Positions 10,010 through 19,683 of a stretch of DNA of 64,000 nt are shown one piece after another (position 1 is the stretch's first letter; each line of letters begins with the position of its first letter). Where the stretch lies: positions 1,799 to 65,798 of the forward strand of contig CAYLUC010000004.1 in the NCBI GenBank assembly GCA_964386765.1. Direction: 5' to 3'. The notes below the pieces were generated by a model. The model saw nothing but the letters and a program-made list of their open reading frames with translations, made no database searches and was not told the origin of the DNA. Position numbers and translations under genes: made by a program. Source of the DNA: an uncultured Candidatus Poseidoniales archaeon (GTDB lineage Archaea > Thermoplasmatota > Poseidoniia > Poseidoniales > Thalassarchaeaceae).

Positions 10010-10564
10010 ATGGCAATGACTGACGAAGAAACGATTACCCAAGCCGCTCAGATGATCACAAAAGGAGACTTCATGGGTGCAATGGACATTTTTGATGCGT
10101 ATTCCAAAGACCACCCATCGGATCCCGCGGGGTTCCATGGCTGGGCGGAAGCCGCACTATTCGAGGTCCAAGAGAATGGAAATCTGGATGATAAGGGGAA
10201 TGACAGAATTAACGAGGGGCAGATAGCAGCTTACTTCAGAAAAGCCTCGTCAATGGATCCAAAGAATCCAGACTACTTGGCTTCTTATGCAGGGGCATTG
10301 CTAACGTTCGACCGAATTCCCATGGCCGTTCGCGAGTTCAGGAAACTCAAGGCCCTCGGGGACGAACTGGATGACGTGGACGTTTCTTTCCACCTCTACG
10401 AGGCTGCTAGGACACTAATCGAATTGGTCGATATGAAGACAAACTACGACAGGAGTAACCCCAATGCAAGGCAATTCATTCCAGTAGCTCTAGAGTTCTC
10501 AATTCTCGGCCTTGGTTTCTCCTCAGTGGACGAAGCGATGGAGTACCTCCTTACAGAGGAGTGA
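10010..10564 (+). CDS. Hypothetical acidic TPR-like helical protein
   Basis: ORF with helical-repeat character (AEAALFEV..., YLASYAGALLTF). No catalytic motif. Confidence 0.45.
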   Translation: MAMTDEETITQAAQMITKGDFMGAMDIFDAYSKDHPSDPAGFHGWAEAALFEVQENGNLDDKGNDRINEGQIAAYFRKASSMDPKNPDYLASYAGALLTFDRIPMAVREFRKLKALGDELDDVDVSFHLYEAARTLIELVDMKTNYDRSNPNARQFIPVALEFSILGLGFSSVDEAMEYLLTEE

Positions 10565-10573
10565 GGGGATAAT

Positions 10574-11455
10574 TTGGACAGCGACCGATTCCTGGTCGCT
10601 ATTGGGTATAGGGGGGACACCTTCCACGGTTCCCAAATACAACCGAATGTAAGAACCGTCCAAGGTTCCCTATCCGATGCCCTCAGGAAAATTGGCTGGT
10701 GGACTGACGGCTGTCTGCGCATGTCCAGTAGGACAGATGCTGGAGTGAGTGTCAGGATGAACCTAGCAAGAATAGACCTCCCCCAAGCAGTTTCAAGGTC
10801 GATTGATGACACAAGACTGCTTAGGGCACTAAACGACCACCTCCCTGAAGATGTGGTGGCTTGGGGGGCCAGGAGAGTTCCCGAGAGGGCGCCAAATAGG
10901 CCCGTTGTGTCTAGAAAATACTACTATCGCTCGGAGATATCTAGGCGTTGGCCAATTGATGTCGATATTGATGTCCTCCAACGTGCGTGCTCATTATTGG
11001 AGGGGAAGCATGACTTCGCGAATCTATGTAGGGTTGAGGAAGGAAGGGTCACTGAGAGGACAGTTGATGTGTGTGTACCATGGATCAACTCCGAGGGCCG
11101 GCCCATTGGGATTATGGTTTGCGCCCAGTCATTCTTATGGAATCAGGTTAGAAGGATGTCATCAGCTGTAACTGGGGTGATCTCCGGAGAAATTGGTATG
11201 CATGAATTGGAAGAGGCAATCAGTAATCCACAGAATCCATCGGACTTAGGAATGGACCCTCCGGAAGGATTGGTCCTCTGGGAGATTGAACACACCTTCC
11301 TTGATGGCGTGGGGCTAAATTCAATTCCTGATACTAGTAACTTCACAACTCCGCCAGAGGGGCTCAGGGAGCATGATATCTGGACGGGACTTTGCAAGCT
11401 GGAGATGTCATCGATGATTCACTCGGAGTGGATTAATCAGTATGGCCTATTCTAA
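10574..11455 (+). CDS. truA: tRNA pseudouridine(38-40) synthase TruA
   Basis: FLVAIGYRGDTFHGSQIQP and the catalytic-Asp block SRTDAGVSV, equivalent to RTDAGVHA in TruA. Confidence 0.8.
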   Translation: MDSDRFLVAIGYRGDTFHGSQIQPNVRTVQGSLSDALRKIGWWTDGCLRMSSRTDAGVSVRMNLARIDLPQAVSRSIDDTRLLRALNDHLPEDVVAWGARRVPERAPNRPVVSRKYYYRSEISRRWPIDVDIDVLQRACSLLEGKHDFANLCRVEEGRVTERTVDVCVPWINSEGRPIGIMVCAQSFLWNQVRRMSSAVTGVISGEIGMHELEEAISNPQNPSDLGMDPPEGLVLWEIEHTFLDGVGLNSIPDTSNFTTPPEGLREHDIWTGLCKLEMSSMIHSEWINQYGLF

Positions 11456-11876
11456 TGCTCACGAAATCTCCATCATTGCATGGGATGCTTTCTCTCAGGA
11501 ATGACTTGGATATCACTTCCGCGGTTTCTGTGTGGCGAGTCAGGTCAGGGATTAGAACCGCACAATCAGTCCAAGTTTCACCATCTATCGATATTCCAGC
11601 TATGAATGAAGTAGCTCCTCCGAAGGATCTGCCATCTCTTTCGAATCCCAGTATTCGCGTAGGCACAATCGACTCATCCTTTTCTCCATCTTCAAGTCCG
11701 GAAATCACCCTCAATTTCTTGTAGCTTCCAATGCAGTCACTGCCTAATTCGACATTCAAGGTACCTGGCCACGCACTGGCTCCCAGCACGCTCTTGAACT
11801 GCTCTTGGTAATGTGGTTGAGCCATGAAAACATGAGCCCTGCCAAGGCCACTCGAAACTAAGCCGGACAGGAGCAT
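11433..11876 (-). CDS. ribK: CTP-dependent riboflavin kinase (archaeal type)
   Basis: SGLGRAHVFMAQPHYQEQFKSVLGASAWPGTLNVEL matches the archaeal CTP-dependent RFK (MJ0056 family) core. Confidence 0.75.
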   Translation of the reverse strand: MLLSGLVSSGLGRAHVFMAQPHYQEQFKSVLGASAWPGTLNVELGSDCIGSYKKLRVISGLEDGEKDESIVPTRILGFERDGRSFGGATSFIAGISIDGETWTDCAVLIPDLTRHTETAEVISKSFLRESIPCNDGDFVSIRIGHTD

Positions 11877-11913
11877 GAACAGCCCTCAGGAGACTCACTG
11901 ATAAGTTTCCTCA

Positions 11914-12864
11914 TCACCCAAGGTCGTAAACTTCCCCCGGTTCACTGACTCTCCACCCCATTCTTCCAACGATTCGTGACTCCTCACTGTCCACGTTGTT
12001 GAGTGGGTTGGTGTGATTTAGGTGAAAAAATGCAATATCCGGGTCCCCCACCACCCATTCTCCTAACAATTCAAGGGACTCACAAACCGTAGGATGAGGA
12101 ATTTCCGACATGTCCCTTCCAGACAATTCATCAGAGTCCCAGAAAGTACCGTCAATCAAGGCATAATTGATGTCCAGTGAAGTCAGCCACTCCCTAATTG
12201 AAGCCCCTTCCAACGTCTCTCCCCATGAGTCTTGATCGGGCATGAAAAGAAGGTTTGACTCCTTGCCACTGACAAGAATTGCATGATTGTCCGACAACTC
12301 TGCTCTGTGAATAACTGGAATCGGCGTGATCGTAAAACCGCAACCGGGAGTCGGCTCAAATGGAGTCATGCTTTCCCACTGTTTAGGGACGAGTACTCCC
12401 TGCTCCACCATTATTCTCCAAGTCGGGTTTTCATGAATCAGGGACAACATCGACTTACTGCAGTGCAGAATAACGCCTTGCCCCCCAATGGCCTCTCTGC
12501 CTAAGAGCCTCAAGCCATCGGTGTGCCCCAGATGTGCATGGGTCAGGATAGCACTGTTCAACGGCCACTCGAAGCCACATGCCTTATCCCAAATCTCAAA
12601 TTGTTCACCAATATGTCTCCCAACTTCTATGATATGCGATGACCCATCAGAACCGACTATCCCTAATGCTACGGGAGTTCTCGCAAGTCCCGTCCCCGAA
12701 CGAGCCCTCTGACAGCAAGGTAGTTTGCAACCAGGTTGGGGGAATCCCCCATCCTGTGCAGTTCCGAGAACAATTGCCCGGGTATTGGTGCCTGCCACAA
12801 TTGCCCGAGTAGCCCCATGGACATGAAACGCTCGCTCCGATGGAGCAATGAACCCCACCTCCAC
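11914..12864 (-). CDS. PqqB-like metallo-beta-lactamase fold protein
   Basis: N-terminus AIVLGTAQDGGFPQPGCKLPCC resembles the PqqB VLGSAAGGGFPQWNCNC motif. HxHxDH-type motif THAHLGHTDG. GTG start. Confidence 0.65.
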   Translation of the reverse strand: MEVGFIAPSERAFHVHGATRAIVAGTNTRAIVLGTAQDGGFPQPGCKLPCCQRARSGTGLARTPVALGIVGSDGSSHIIEVGRHIGEQFEIWDKACGFEWPLNSAILTHAHLGHTDGLRLLGREAIGGQGVILHCSKSMLSLIHENPTWRIMVEQGVLVPKQWESMTPFEPTPGCGFTITPIPVIHRAELSDNHAILVSGKESNLLFMPDQDSWGETLEGASIREWLTSLDINYALIDGTFWDSDELSGRDMSEIPHPTVCESLELLGEWVVGDPDIAFFHLNHTNPLNNVDSEESRIVGRMGWRVSEPGEVYDLG

Positions 12865-12873
12865 TTGGGAGTC

Positions 12874-14052
12874 ATGGCAGCCGACTTGTCGTGGATGAGG
12901 CAGAGATACGAGGAGCTGCGTTCGCAGGGCCTTGATTGGAACCCCCCGACTCTAGAGTCTGCCAGTGAACCGAGGTGCATTGTCGATGGAACGGAGATGA
13001 TCATGCTCTCAGCCAATAACTACCTCAATCTGACCACTCACCCAAAGGTAGTTCAGGCCGCAATCGAGGCTACGCGGATGTACGGGGCAGGATCAGGTTC
13101 TGTAAGGGCGATTGCAGGAACTCTGGATATCCACATAGAGGCCGAGAAGGCGGCAGCCCAATTCAAAGGCGTAGAATCATCCCTAATTTACTCGGCCGGA
13201 TACACTGCAAACGTCGGACTAATACCGACATTGGTCAGGGGGAAAGAGGATCTAATCATCTCAGACGAATTGAATCATGGCTCAATAATAGACGGCGTAC
13301 GTCTTACCAAAGCTTCTCGAGCAGTTTACCAGCACAATGACGTTGGGGCGTTGGAGAGGGTACTCCAAGAAAACAAGGAGGCAGACAGGAAACTAATCAT
13401 CACTGACGGAGTCTTTAGCATGGATGGGGATATTGCCCCACTGGATGAAATAACAGAAATTGCCGAAGAGTATGGTGCGATGATTTTTGTCGATGACTGC
13501 CATGGAGAGGGAGTTCTGGGTGACGGAAAGGGAATAGTCGCCCATTTCGGACTTCAGGGAAGGGTGGATTTCGAAATAGGATCTTACTCCAAGGCAATGG
13601 GAGTTCAAGGGGGAATTCTAGCCGGTTCTGAGCAAGTTAGAACTCATGCACTCAACCATAGCCGCTCATGGCTTCTCTCAGGTAGTCAACCCCCGGGAGT
13701 GGCCGCCGCCCAGAAAGCAGCCGTGGAAGTTCTCATGGAAGAGCCAGAGCATGTTTCAAGACTATGGGAAAATACAGATTACTTCAGAGAGCAACTGAAT
13801 TCAATGGGTTTCGATACAGGCAATTCGGAAACACCGATAATTCCAGTGATGTGCGGAGAGAGCAGAATGGCCCAGGAACTTTCTAGCAGTTTGAAGAAAC
13901 AGGGGGTATTAGTTGGCGCAATTGTATTCCCAATGGTTTCAAGAGATAAGGCGAGAGTTAGAACTCAGATGTCCTCGGGATTATCGAGAGAAGACCTCGA
14001 CGAAGTCCTCTCAGCCTTCGAACTGAGTGGCCGTAAGTTGGGCTTATTGTAG
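12874..14052 (+). CDS. kbl: Glycine C-acetyltransferase / 2-amino-3-ketobutyrate CoA ligase (alpha-oxoamine synthase family)
   Basis: [29 protein letters not shown] closely matches the Kbl block [23 protein letters not shown]. PLP-lysine region GSYSKAMG. Start moved to the ATG at 12874 because the longer listed ORF overlaps the divergent neighbour. Confidence 0.75.
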   Translation: [392 protein letters not shown]

Positions 14053-14057
14053 GTGAA

Positions 14058-14525
14058 ATGATGACTCCTGATATGCCACAATTACCAAGCTCAAGTAAAT
14101 GGCCTGTTTCAACAGACATCACAGTCAATTGGGGCGATATGGATGCACTTGGCCACGTAAATCACTCCGTTTTCGCCACATGGATGGAGACTGCAAGAAT
14201 GATTTACTTCTCCAAGACTGGTATGATGGAGATATACGAAGAATCCAACATAGGCCCTATCCTAGCTAGGATTGAAATTGACTACAAATTCCCAATAGTC
14301 TTCCCTGACACTGTCAAGGTAATGACCTCTGTATCTCGTATTGGGAACTCCTCCTTTGACATGGAGTACCGTATATCTAGCCATGAAAACGGAGGTGAAA
14401 TTGCAGCTACTGGCAAGGTAGTCGGCGTCCTAGTGGATTACAATACGGGGAAGCCAGTGCCAATTACCGATGAGATCAGGGAGTCAATCATCAATATTGA
14501 AAGTGGAATCTCTGCAAACGATTAG
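14058..14525 (+). CDS. Hotdog-fold acyl-CoA thioesterase (4HBT/YbgC-like)
   Basis: VNHSVFATWMETARMIYF, typical of the 4HBT family. Lies 6 nt downstream of kbl. Confidence 0.7.
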   Translation: MMTPDMPQLPSSSKWPVSTDITVNWGDMDALGHVNHSVFATWMETARMIYFSKTGMMEIYEESNIGPILARIEIDYKFPIVFPDTVKVMTSVSRIGNSSFDMEYRISSHENGGEIAATGKVVGVLVDYNTGKPVPITDEIRESIINIESGISAND

Positions 14526-15268
14526 GCCACATCGACCACTTCTTCTAGCTCTGAGTCTGACTCATCCCCAGATTCATCCTTAGTCCCGTAAATCGTAACT
14601 TCCATCCCCTCAAATGGTTCCATTCCTCTGTCTATCCTGTCAAGAATCCTCCATCTGGGGGCATAGGATAGGTGTATCCAGAGAGGCCCAGGCAATATCA
14701 ACAGCCCCCATCCCAGCCACTGTAGGAAAGAGTCAGAGTCCTCAAATATCATGCTCACAGAAATCGCAACAAGCCCCAAAAATGGAAGTGGGAAAATGAA
14801 TTTCCTTTTGTTTTCCAATCTCGTCGGGGGCCTTCTCACTATGGACGAAACGAGTGACGAGAAACCTCCTAGGAAAGATGTCATCGAAACTACAATCAGG
14901 GTCTGAAAACCCCAGTGCCTAGAAACATCCGTTATTTCCTGTTCGCCATTAATCACACCATTGTATGCGAATGGAAGCAGCATCGCCACTCCAATCATCA
15001 CCCCATAGAATCCCCCAACGAAAACGGGATGCCCACTGGTGAGTGAGCCCCTGAGGAAGAAATTACTCAGAGTCCCTCCTGCAAGCATATGCCTATGCTC
15101 GGGATCAAGCAATCCGACCTCCTCGCGCCAAGGTGTCACGGCTTCCGCGCCCAATGTCCCGACTATGACCGTTGGGGTGCCAATAATATGTTGATTAGGG
15201 CATTTTCCGAGTATATTTCTGCTATTATGGGAAATTATTTCACATTCTCTCCAATGGAAACCCACCAT
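14522..15268 (-). CDS. Hypothetical integral membrane protein with acidic C-terminal tail
   Basis: Multiple hydrophobic helices; D/E-rich C-terminus. No recognised motif. Confidence 0.4.
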   Translation of the reverse strand: MVGFHWRECEIISHNSRNILGKCPNQHIIGTPTVIVGTLGAEAVTPWREEVGLLDPEHRHMLAGGTLSNFFLRGSLTSGHPVFVGGFYGVMIGVAMLLPFAYNGVINGEQEITDVSRHWGFQTLIVVSMTSFLGGFSSLVSSIVRRPPTRLENKRKFIFPLPFLGLVAISVSMIFEDSDSFLQWLGWGLLILPGPLWIHLSYAPRWRILDRIDRGMEPFEGMEVTIYGTKDESGDESDSELEEVVDVA

Positions 15269-15279
15269 ACGGAGGGGTT

Positions 15280-16488
15280 ATGACACATTCCCCTTTCCAA
15301 CGAGCCCGGGTGATGCAATTGTCTGATGATGACTCCATATTCAACGTAACAGAGGCCCATCTAGACACCGGACTGAGGGGCATTCCCGTGGGCACATGTC
15401 AGACCTCATACGTAGACCCGTTGGAAGGGGTCCACTACGTGGGATACCCAGTAGCCGATCTTGTAGATTTGGAGGAAGAGGACGTAATCTACCTAATGTT
15501 GTACAAGGAATTACCCACCCCAGAACAATCGGAGAAATTCCGTTCTGAACTCATACATAGGGCAGAGTCTCTTCCTACGGGGGCCCTCAGGGTCCTCGAG
15601 TCGCTGACTCCGGGAAGCGGACATCCGATGGACTGGCTAGCTATCGGAATAATGGCTCTAGGGACTGCAGAGGCCACTGGAGATGTCAGAGCAGATTCAA
15701 TGAACCTAATCGCTAGAATGCCCGAGTTGATGGCCAGAGTTTTCCTTCTCAGGGGCGGCAAGAAAGAGCAACTGAAGCCACGTAACCCAGAACTTGGGCT
15801 CGTAGAGAACTTCGTTCATATGCTTGGGATAGAGGGAGAGGAGGCAAGGAATATGGAAAGGGTGCTGAGATTCTTCTTCATCCTCCACATGGATCATGGG
15901 GGTGGAAATCTCTCAACATTTACTGGTAAGGCCGTGGCATCAGGCAGGGCCTCTGTATATTCAGCACTCTCAAGTGCAATGAATGCCTTGTCCGGGCCAT
16001 TGCATGGGAGAGCTAACCAGTCGGTTCTGGAATTCGTTCAGAGAATCGGAACATCAGACCCCGAAGAGGTTTCTAACTTCGTGAATGCAGAAATAGATGC
16101 CCGTCGGCCAATTTACGGTTTCGGGCACGGGGTATTGAGGGCCGAGGACCCACGGGCGAAGTTGCTTATCGGACTTGGCGAGGAGATCTGTCCGGATGAC
16201 GAACTTTACAAGACTGTCAAGGTACTAAGGGAAATAACCCCAGAAATACTCAAGGAGAGGATTCCAAAGATCAGCAATCCATATCCGAATGTCGATTTGG
16301 GCAGTGGAACGCTGCTTCACTCGGTTGGCTTCAGGAAGCCCGATTACTATACCACATTCTTTGGCTGGGCGAGAGTGGCCGGTATTTGTGCACAGATTCT
16401 CGATGAGAGGAATGCCAGGGAAGGCAGAGGCACACCGATTTACAGGCCCAAGTACATACCAAAGAATCAGCCCCATAGAAGACTCTGA
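15280..16488 (+). CDS. Citrate synthase
   Basis: PIYGFGHGVLRAEDPRAKLL contains the catalytic-His citrate synthase signature (GFGHRVY-type). Length is 402 aa. Confidence 0.85.
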   Translation: MTHSPFQRARVMQLSDDDSIFNVTEAHLDTGLRGIPVGTCQTSYVDPLEGVHYVGYPVADLVDLEEEDVIYLMLYKELPTPEQSEKFRSELIHRAESLPTGALRVLESLTPGSGHPMDWLAIGIMALGTAEATGDVRADSMNLIARMPELMARVFLLRGGKKEQLKPRNPELGLVENFVHMLGIEGEEARNMERVLRFFFILHMDHGGGNLSTFTGKAVASGRASVYSALSSAMNALSGPLHGRANQSVLEFVQRIGTSDPEEVSNFVNAEIDARRPIYGFGHGVLRAEDPRAKLLIGLGEEICPDDELYKTVKVLREITPEILKERIPKISNPYPNVDLGSGTLLHSVGFRKPDYYTTFFGWARVAGICAQILDERNAREGRGTPIYRPKYIPKNQPHRRL

Positions 16489-16491
16489 GTA

Positions 16492-17691
16492 CTAACTACT
16501 GTGAGTTTTTCCAGAGCCTCTGTGGCCAATGATCCTAGGGCACCCCCAAGGCAAACCAAGCGCAGACTCCCTCCTCCATTTTTCCTCCGAGCCATCCCAG
16601 AACGACCTTCTCCCCCTCTGAACCACAATCTCCGACTTTCTTTCCAAGGACAACTCGTTCCAGCTGGGGAGGGAGGAACTAGCTTCTCTGACTAGGTCTC
16701 CGTACTCTTCAACATCGGATGAACTGAATACTTCCTTCCATTCATCGTCCAGTGGTTGACTGGCCGGTCTGGGCCACCTGACGCTCCCATCGGGTTTGGC
16801 GAATAAGTTTGGATCCAAATGGTCAGAAACTAGGGAGACTCCGGCATCAATTAGGTCATCTTCAATCCTCAGTGGGGCCGGCCAAACAAATATCCCCATC
16901 CCCCTCAGTGACTTGTGGAGTCTACGAAGTCCCTTGCCTCGGATCCCAACTGTCGAACCGGGTCCAACGAACCTGGTCCATCCGTCTACGTAATCTAGGG
17001 CCATCCCAACCACCTCCATCCCCTCTTCTCTGAAATTACTGGCGATGGCCGGAACAGATGTCATAGCAAAATGCGGCATGGCCACCATTCTCTTTACTCT
17101 CCAGTATCTGCCCCACGATCTGATTCTCGGCATCAGCCTAGTAACTGGTATATCGAAGGATGACGATTTGGCAACAGAGGAGATTCTGGGCGAGAAACTA
17201 GAAACTATGGTAGTTTTATCAGGGAGATCCAACGGTCTGATGACCTCACCAATACGATCTAAAACAGACTCTAGATACTGATCGGTGTCAATTTTCGTGA
17301 CTGGATGTGGCACCTTTATCTCTATGTCCACGGTTTTCCCAGGCAATTTCCAAGAATCAGTAAAATTAGAATTTGACAGGAGCTCATCAAAAGTAAAAAC
17401 GCCCTTAGATTTCAATTCACTAGTGGATAAATTCTCGATGCACCTCCCAGCGATTCCCCCCTCTCCCGGAACGAACTCATCGTGATAAATCACCAGTTCA
17501 CCATCACTGTCCATCCTGATATCAAACTCTACTCCGTCTGAGAAATTGATGCCATGTACCAAAGCCTCGACGGAGTTCTCCGCCGGTTGCTCCCACGCGC
17601 CTTGGTCGACCATGAACACTCGAGAGAATACAGGCTCATAATGGATTAACTGAATAATTGCGTTATAGGCAAGATAATTACCTCTCTGCAC
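16492..17691 (-). CDS. Glycerophosphodiester phosphodiesterase (GDPD) family protein, atypical
   Basis: PAENSVEALVHGINFSDGVEFDIRMDSDGELVIYHDEF matches the GDPD core (E..D.R..DG..V..HD). The N-terminal HRG motif is replaced by DQG. A stray IIGHRGSG motif sits at the extreme C-terminus. Confidence 0.6.
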   Translation of the reverse strand: MQRGNYLAYNAIIQLIHYEPVFSRVFMVDQGAWEQPAENSVEALVHGINFSDGVEFDIRMDSDGELVIYHDEFVPGEGGIAGRCIENLSTSELKSKGVFTFDELLSNSNFTDSWKLPGKTVDIEIKVPHPVTKIDTDQYLESVLDRIGEVIRPLDLPDKTTIVSSFSPRISSVAKSSSFDIPVTRLMPRIRSWGRYWRVKRMVAMPHFAMTSVPAIASNFREEGMEVVGMALDYVDGWTRFVGPGSTVGIRGKGLRRLHKSLRGMGIFVWPAPLRIEDDLIDAGVSLVSDHLDPNLFAKPDGSVRWPRPASQPLDDEWKEVFSSSDVEEYGDLVREASSSLPSWNELSLERKSEIVVQRGRRSFWDGSEEKWRRESALGLPWGCPRIIGHRGSGKTHSS

Positions 17692-17712
17692 GGACGAGGG
17701 TCAGGTGTAAAC

Positions 17713-19683
17713 ATGTCAGATACAGTTGAATTGGACCGGGCCTCGGACCCGCAAGCAGTAAGGGGTTATGCATTCTACGATTGGGGCAAGTCAGCGTTTG
17801 AAACGAGCGTCACCGTGGCGATACTCCCTGCTTGGTACGCATACCTATTTCTGGAGGCCAATGGGCTTACCACTACAATCGGAAATATCGACATGACCGG
17901 CGACGCTGTCTGGGCGTATGCAGTAGCAGCCGCCACATTGATGGTCGCAGTTCTGGCACCCGCCTTCGGCGTCATAGCCGATAGGAAGCCAATCAAGATG
18001 AGATGGCTGAGGTACCTGACGTATATCGGAGCTGGATCGACCTTCCTGATAGGCTTCGATTTCCTCTATGCTGGTTCAGAGTGGATTTGGCTGATGGTCT
18101 TCTTCCTCCTTGCCAACATAGGCCTCAACGGGGCCGGCGTATTCTACAATGCCATGCTGCCGCACATGGGTACTGACGATGAGATGGATGACATCTCCAA
18201 TCGTGCATTCGCGTATGGATATCTTGGCGGGGGAATCCTCCTCCTCCTTCACTTCATCCTGGTTCTTGGCATAGGTGGAGACTTCGTAATCAGGCTCTGT
18301 CTAGCATCTGCGGGGATTTGGTGGTACGGTTTCGCGCTCCTGACCTTCAAGTACGTCCCAGAACCTCCAGTAGAGCACGAGTCTACCGAAGAAACACTCA
18401 ACGACAGTTGGCTCAAGATGCTGTTTTCCAAGGGGGGCGCTTATTCTGAGGTCATTAAGACACTAAAGGAAGTCAGCAAGTTCAGAACACTGTTCATCTA
18501 TATGCTAGCCTACTTCTTCTTCATCGATGGAATAAACACCGTTACTGCAATGGGGGGTGTTTTCGGCTCCACTGTTCTTGGGGTAACCACAACGGAATTG
18601 ATGATCACAATTCTGGCTATACAATTCGTGGCATGGCCAAGCGCATTGGGATTCACTCACCTCGCAAATAAATGGGGTACGAAGAAGGCACTAAACGCCT
18701 CGTTGGTGGGATGGGTGGTGCTATGCTTCGCAGCATGCGCATTCGCACCCCTCTCACTAGACGCCCACGACCAGCACGACATTCTGTTTGAGTGGGATTC
18801 GGACGGGGACGGTATCGCCGACTCCTATGACGACGATATTGATGGGGACTGGGCTACCAATGATGAGGAAGTGGAAGCAGGCACTGACCCACTCGATTAC
18901 ATGGACAGCCCCTCGGGGCTCCCACAGACATGGCTTCAGGAAAGGCTGAGCACGGCTGGATCATATGTATCGTACATGAACTGGAACTTCGATCATAGTA
19001 TTGCACAGAAGACAGATTTCTCGGAAGATGAATTCGATGAGCAATCCTGGGCGGGGCAATTCTCGGAAATATTGCCTGTAGTGATTGGTGAGAAGAGCGG
19101 TATTTACGATTGGAAGTGGGGGAGCTCCGAAGACGATCCATATATGGTCCCAGTCGACAATCAGGCGTCGCTGGAGGAATTCCTTTCATCGATGGACGAC
19201 TCGAGATTCAGCGCTAGCGTTTCAGGAGGCCCTCTCGACTCATCGAGTTCGGTGGGTATGGATCATCCTACTAGCCTCGGTGATGGCCCTATAGATGTAA
19301 TTCCGGAGACAGTCAGGGATATCGTCTGGCAGCCTCTGGGACTGTCCGTCGGACTCCAGTTCCTAATACTGGGATGTGGGATGGGGACACTTCTTGGTGG
19401 CTCCCAAGGCCTTTCAAGGAGCATGTTTGGGCAAATGGTGCCCGAGACTAGGAGCGCCGAGTTCTTCGGCTTCTTCGGCTTCTTCGGGAAGGTGGCTGCT
19501 TTCATTGGGCCACTCCTGTACGCTACATTGACAGTCATGTTCGATAGCAGGGTCGGCGTTTTCAGTATCTCTTTACTAATTCTAATTGGGGCCTTCATGA
19601 TGAGAATTGTTGATGTGGAAGACGGAAGGGCCGCTGCTAAGGCAGAGGATGCGAAGAACAGAGGAATCTCTATTGATTCCTAG
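17713..19683 (+). CDS. MFS-type transporter with ~200-aa acidic extracytoplasmic insertion
   Basis: About 12 TM helices split by a D/E-rich loop containing DSDGDGIADSYDDDIDGD. Confidence 0.6.
   Translation: MSDTVELDRASDPQAVRGYAFYDWGKSAFETSVTVAILPAWYAYLFLEANGLTTTIGNIDMTGDAVWAYAVAAATLMVAVLAPAFGVIADRKPIKMRWLRYLTYIGAGSTFLIGFDFLYAGSEWIWLMVFFLLANIGLNGAGVFYNAMLPHMGTDDEMDDISNRAFAYGYLGGGILLLLHFILVLGIGGDFVIRLCLASAGIWWYGFALLTFKYVPEPPVEHESTEETLNDSWLKMLFSKGGAYSEVIKTLKEVSKFRTLFIYMLAYFFFIDGINTVTAMGGVFGSTVLGVTTTELMITILAIQFVAWPSALGFTHLANKWGTKKALNASLVGWVVLCFAACAFAPLSLDAHDQHDILFEWDSDGDGIADSYDDDIDGDWATNDEEVEAGTDPLDYMDSPSGLPQTWLQERLSTAGSYVSYMNWNFDHSIAQKTDFSEDEFDEQSWAGQFSEILPVVIGEKSGIYDWKWGSSEDDPYMVPVDNQASLEEFLSSMDDSRFSASVSGGPLDSSSSVGMDHPTSLGDGPIDVIPETVRDIVWQPLGLSVGLQFLILGCGMGTLLGGSQGLSRSMFGQMVPETRSAEFFGFFGFFGKVAAFIGPLLYATLTVMFDSRVGVFSISLLILIGAFMMRIVDVEDGRAAAKAEDAKNRGISIDS

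Noticed and set aside
12760-12830. 27-nt tandem duplication (ACAATTGCCCGRGTA... twice) encoding TRAIVAGTN/TRAIVLGTA at the 5' end of the PqqB-like gene
   Set aside because: It is real at the sequence level but is a tiny in-frame duplication with no evident consequence. It is not a CRISPR or regulatory repeat, and is noted only as a curiosity.
12669-13016. Minus-strand 115-aa ORF and the long 5' extension of the kbl ORF (12736-12873)
   Set aside because: Both lie in the overlap zone between the divergent PqqB-like and Kbl genes. The Kbl homology begins at the ATG at 12874.
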